NCBI GenBank assembly: GCA_963793305.1
Contig: CAWBZV010000003.1
Coordinates: 352,001 to 416,000 of the forward strand
Reading direction: 5' to 3'
Source of the DNA: an uncultured Gemmatimonadales bacterium
GTDB lineage: Bacteria > Gemmatimonadota > Gemmatimonadetes > Gemmatimonadales > Gemmatimonadaceae
DNA length: 64,000 bases
Below the pieces are notes generated by a model that was not told the origin of the DNA, did no database searches, and saw nothing but the letters and a program-made list of their open reading frames with translations. Shown in pieces: positions 58,536 through 64,000 of this stretch (positions are counted from its first letter, which is position 1; each line of letters starts with the position of its first letter). Made by a program: the position numbers and the translations under genes.

Positions 58536-59074
58536 TCCATACCGTCGTCAAAGTCGGCGGTGCGGCGCTCGGCCGCGATCTCACCCCGTTGGCTGGGCTG
58601 GGGCCAGGTGTATTGGTTGTGCCGGGCGGTGGACCCTTCGCGGACACGGTCCGCGCGGTCGATGCCCGCCACGACCTGGGAGACGATGCCGCGCACTGGG
58701 CTGCCATCCTGGCTATGGACCAATACGCCTACGCACTCGCTGCGCTCGTGCATGGCGCCCGCATCGTGCGCGTACCGAGCGAGGCCGGGTCTCGGGACTT
58801 GGCTGTACTGGCACCCTACGACTGGCTGCACCTGGCCGACCCGCTCCCCCATTCCTGGGATGTGACGAGCGACAGCATTGCTGCCTGGGTGGCGGGAGAG
58901 ATAGGTGCAACGAGACTGCTGCTAGTCAAACCGGTGAGCGATGGCGGTGTAGATAAGTACTTCGAGTGCGTACGAGCGGCCCTGGATGTACGGGTCCTCG
59001 CCGTCGACGCCATAGACACGATACAAACGGTGCTCGCCGAGCCAGCGGCCTGGGCACATCTTTCATCCCCGTGA
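58532..59074 (+). CDS. Amino-acid/uridylate-kinase-family protein (MfnE/Orf21-like)
   Basis: VVKVGG, VPGGGPFADTVR, AHWAAILAMDQY, PHSWDVTSDSIA; GTG overlaps upstream stop. Confidence 0.82.
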   Translation: MIHTVVKVGGAALGRDLTPLAGLGPGVLVVPGGGPFADTVRAVDARHDLGDDAAHWAAILAMDQYAYALAALVHGARIVRVPSEAGSRDLAVLAPYDWLHLADPLPHSWDVTSDSIAAWVAGEIGATRLLLVKPVSDGGVDKYFECVRAALDVRVLAVDAIDTIQTVLAEPAAWAHLSSP

Positions 59075-61716
59075 GCTCCGACTCGGTCCGCGACAGTCTC
59101 CAGGCCACGCTCGGCACCGCCTACCGCCTCGACCGCGAGCTCGGCGGTGGCGGGATGTCGCGCGTGTTCGTGGCGGAAGAGACCGTCCTCAGTCGCACCG
59201 TCGTCATCAAGCTGTTGTCGCCCGAGCTAGCCGAGGGCCTCAACGTCGAACGTTTCCGGCGCGAGATCCAGGTCGCGGCGCGCCTGTCGCATCCGCATAT
59301 CGTACCGCTGCTGACGGCAGGCGAGTCCGGTCGACTCCCGTACTTCACGATGCCGTTTATCGACGGCGAGTCCCTGCGCTCCCGCCTGACGAAGGGCGGC
59401 GAGCTGCCCATAGGCGAAGCAGTCCGGGTGCTACGCGAAGTCGCCTCGGCCCTGGCGTATGCCCACGCCGCCGGCGTCGTCCATCGCGACATCAAGCCCG
59501 AGAACGTGCTGGTCTCCGGCGGCGCCGCGATGGTCACGGACTTCGGCGTCGCCAAAGCCTTGAAGGACGCCGCCAATTCCGGCGGCGCCCAACTCACGCA
59601 GTTCGGGGTAGCGCTCGGCACCCCGGCGTATATGGCGCCGGAACAGGCCGCGGCCGACCCGACGACCGACCAGCGCGCCGATATCTATGCCTTCGGCGCC
59701 ATGGCCTACGAGCTCCTCACGGGCTCCACGCCCTTCGCCGGCCGCCCGGCGCAGGCGATGCTGGCCGCGCATGCGGTCGAGGCCCCAGAGCCGATCTCGC
59801 GTCGCCGCCACGCGGTCCCCGAGGCGCTTGCCGCGCTCATCATGCGGTGCCTGGAAAAGCGCCCGGCCGATCGCCCGCAAACGGCCGACGAGGTCATGCG
59901 CGCGCTCGACAGCGTCCAGACGTTCGAGCGGCGGATGGACGCCGACGACCGGCGTTCCCGCGTCGCGCCCCAGGGGCCGGCGTCGGATCGTGCTCACGTT
60001 CGCCGCGATCCTCATCGCGATCGCCATCTGGGTTCCGCTCATGCAGCGGCACCTGGGCGCTCGTCCCGCCAGCGGGCCGGTGATGCTCGCCGTCCTGCCG
60101 TTCGAGAACGAGGGCCCGGCGCCCGATGCGTATTTCGCGGACGGACTCACCGAGGCGATCACCAACCGGTTGGCGTCGCTCCACAACCTCGGCGTGATCG
60201 ATCGGCGCAGCGCGGAGCAGTACCGAACGACGACCAAGACGCCGAAGCAAATCGGCCGCGAGCTCGGCGTGCAGTACATCCTCGAGGGCACGGTTCGCTG
60301 GGCCACGGACGAGAAGGGTGCGCGCAAAGTGCAGATCTCGCCGGCGCTCGTGACGGTCTCGGACCTCACGACCAAACCCGCGGGTGGTCCCTATCTCGTC
60401 GTGCCATCCGACGTGTTTCAGGTGCAGACCGATGTCGCCACGAAGGTCGCCGACGCGCTCGACATCACGCTGACTGGCGCCGACCAGCAGGCGCTGACTA
60501 ACCGCCCGACGCAGGACCCCGAGGCGTGGGCGGCGTTCAATCGCGCCGAGCACGCGTTCAAGCAAGTGCACGATCTCTCGTCATTCAACGACCTCCAAAC
60601 CGCGATCGCGCAGTACGAGCTCGCGGTCACCCGCGATCCAAAGTTCGCGACCGCCTGGGCGCGACTGGCGTTCGCGCGGATGGTCTGGTCGTTGTACAAC
60701 TCGGCCGACACGTCGCGCTTGGCGAGCGCGAAGCGCGCGCTCGATACGGCGGCGATCCTCTCGCCCGACCTGCCCGAGATGCACCAATCGCGCGCGTTCT
60801 ATCTGGGGTTCTTTCAGCACAATACCGACGCGTCCTATGAGGAGCTGGTCCGCGCGCAAGCCGGCCGGCCGAATGACGCTGACCTCTCGGCTCAACTCGC
60901 CACGGCCGAGGTCGTCCGGGGCCGGATCGACGAAGGCTTCGCGAACCTCGCCAAAGCCGTGCGGCTCGATCCGCGATCGACCGACGCGCTCTCGGCCGCG
61001 ACGGCCCTGACGTACGCCTATCGCCGCTACGCCGAATCGGAGTCCTACGCGGACCGGTGGATCGCGATCGACTCCCTGTCGAATGCCGCGTACGACTGGA
61101 AACTGAACGATGAGCTCGACGGTCGCGGCGACACGGCGGCAGCCGGGCGAACGATGGACGCCGTGTTCGCGCACGGGGTGCACGTGGGCCCGGCCCTCGC
61201 CGGACAGCTGTCGCTCCTTGCTCCCACCTATCGTGCGCGGCTCGAGCGCATGTCGATCGCCGACATTGGTGCGACGCAGACGTTCGATTCGTTGAACTAC
61301 TATCTGGCCAAGCACAACGTGTACCTGCGCGACCAGCCCGCCGTCGCGCGGGCGTACGGCGACTCGCTGCTGCACGCGGTCGCACGGTCGACGACGCTGG
61401 CCGGTCCGCTCGCCTGGCACAAGACCGCGCTCCTGGCGCTCGCGTACGCCCAGACCGGCGACCGGGCGCAGGCCATGCGCGAGCTGGCGCAGGTGCACGC
61501 CGAGATGGCGGCGGCCAAAGGACTCGTGCTCAACGATTCGGCGCAGCGGTACCAGGACATTGCCGCCACCTTCGGCGCACTGGGTGACGCCGACTCGGCC
61601 GCCGCATACGTGACGGAACTCTTCCGGTTGCCGGGCGGATTCTCAAAATTCACGGTGCGACTCGATCCGACGTTCGACCCCGTGCGGAACTCCCCGGCCT
61701 TCCAACGGTTGCTGCA

Positions 61717-61720
<4 letters not shown>
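59071..61720 (+). CDS. Transmembrane Ser/Thr kinase with TolB-like and TPR domains, frameshift near 59920
   Basis: ELGGGGMSRVF, HRDIKPEN, DFGVAK, GTPAYMAPEQ; TM; LAVLPFEN, YFADGLTE; TPRs; DPTFDPVRNSPAF. Confidence 0.88.

Positions 61721-64000
<2,280 letters not shown>

Noticed and set aside
57518..59074. 518-aa MfnF-MfnE fusion
   Set aside because: The middle is Arg-rich off-frame sequence; the true MfnF C-terminus is in the frame ending at 58535.

Overview
High-GC bacterial chromosomal window spanning the replication origin. Gene style suggests Gemmatimonadota (inference from plug-domain proteins, a GWxTD protein and tandem Ser/Thr kinase-TolB-like-TPR proteins). The left part holds metabolic genes (sthA, fahA, a PLP decarboxylase), an orphan nuclease-like ORF followed by a hairpin-rich stretch, and parA-parB with four parS sites made by nested duplication of their junction. 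It continues with bactofilin, a BMP-type ABC transporter interrupted by a LytS/LytTR pair, polA, pyrE and RNase P RNA. The centre holds dnaN-oriC-dnaA, rpmH-rnpA-yidD-yidC-mnmE and upp. The most interesting block is about 44.4-59.1 kb, a putative lanthanide/PQQ C1-oxidation island. It has two PQQ dehydrogenases carrying the lanthanide-type D-x-D motif (one a clear XoxF with xoxJ and a cytochrome c), a porin, and pentapeptide and YVTN proteins. It also has a Tat-exported SoxY/SoxZ pair, an MBL-double-rhodanese fusion, Cys-rich exported orphans (one with a JAB/JAMM-like motif), and MfnF-, MfnE- and HisA-like cofactor genes. About a dozen single-base frameshifts, some in normally essential genes, are most likely sequencing errors. 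All calls come from motif recognition by eye; no searches were run.
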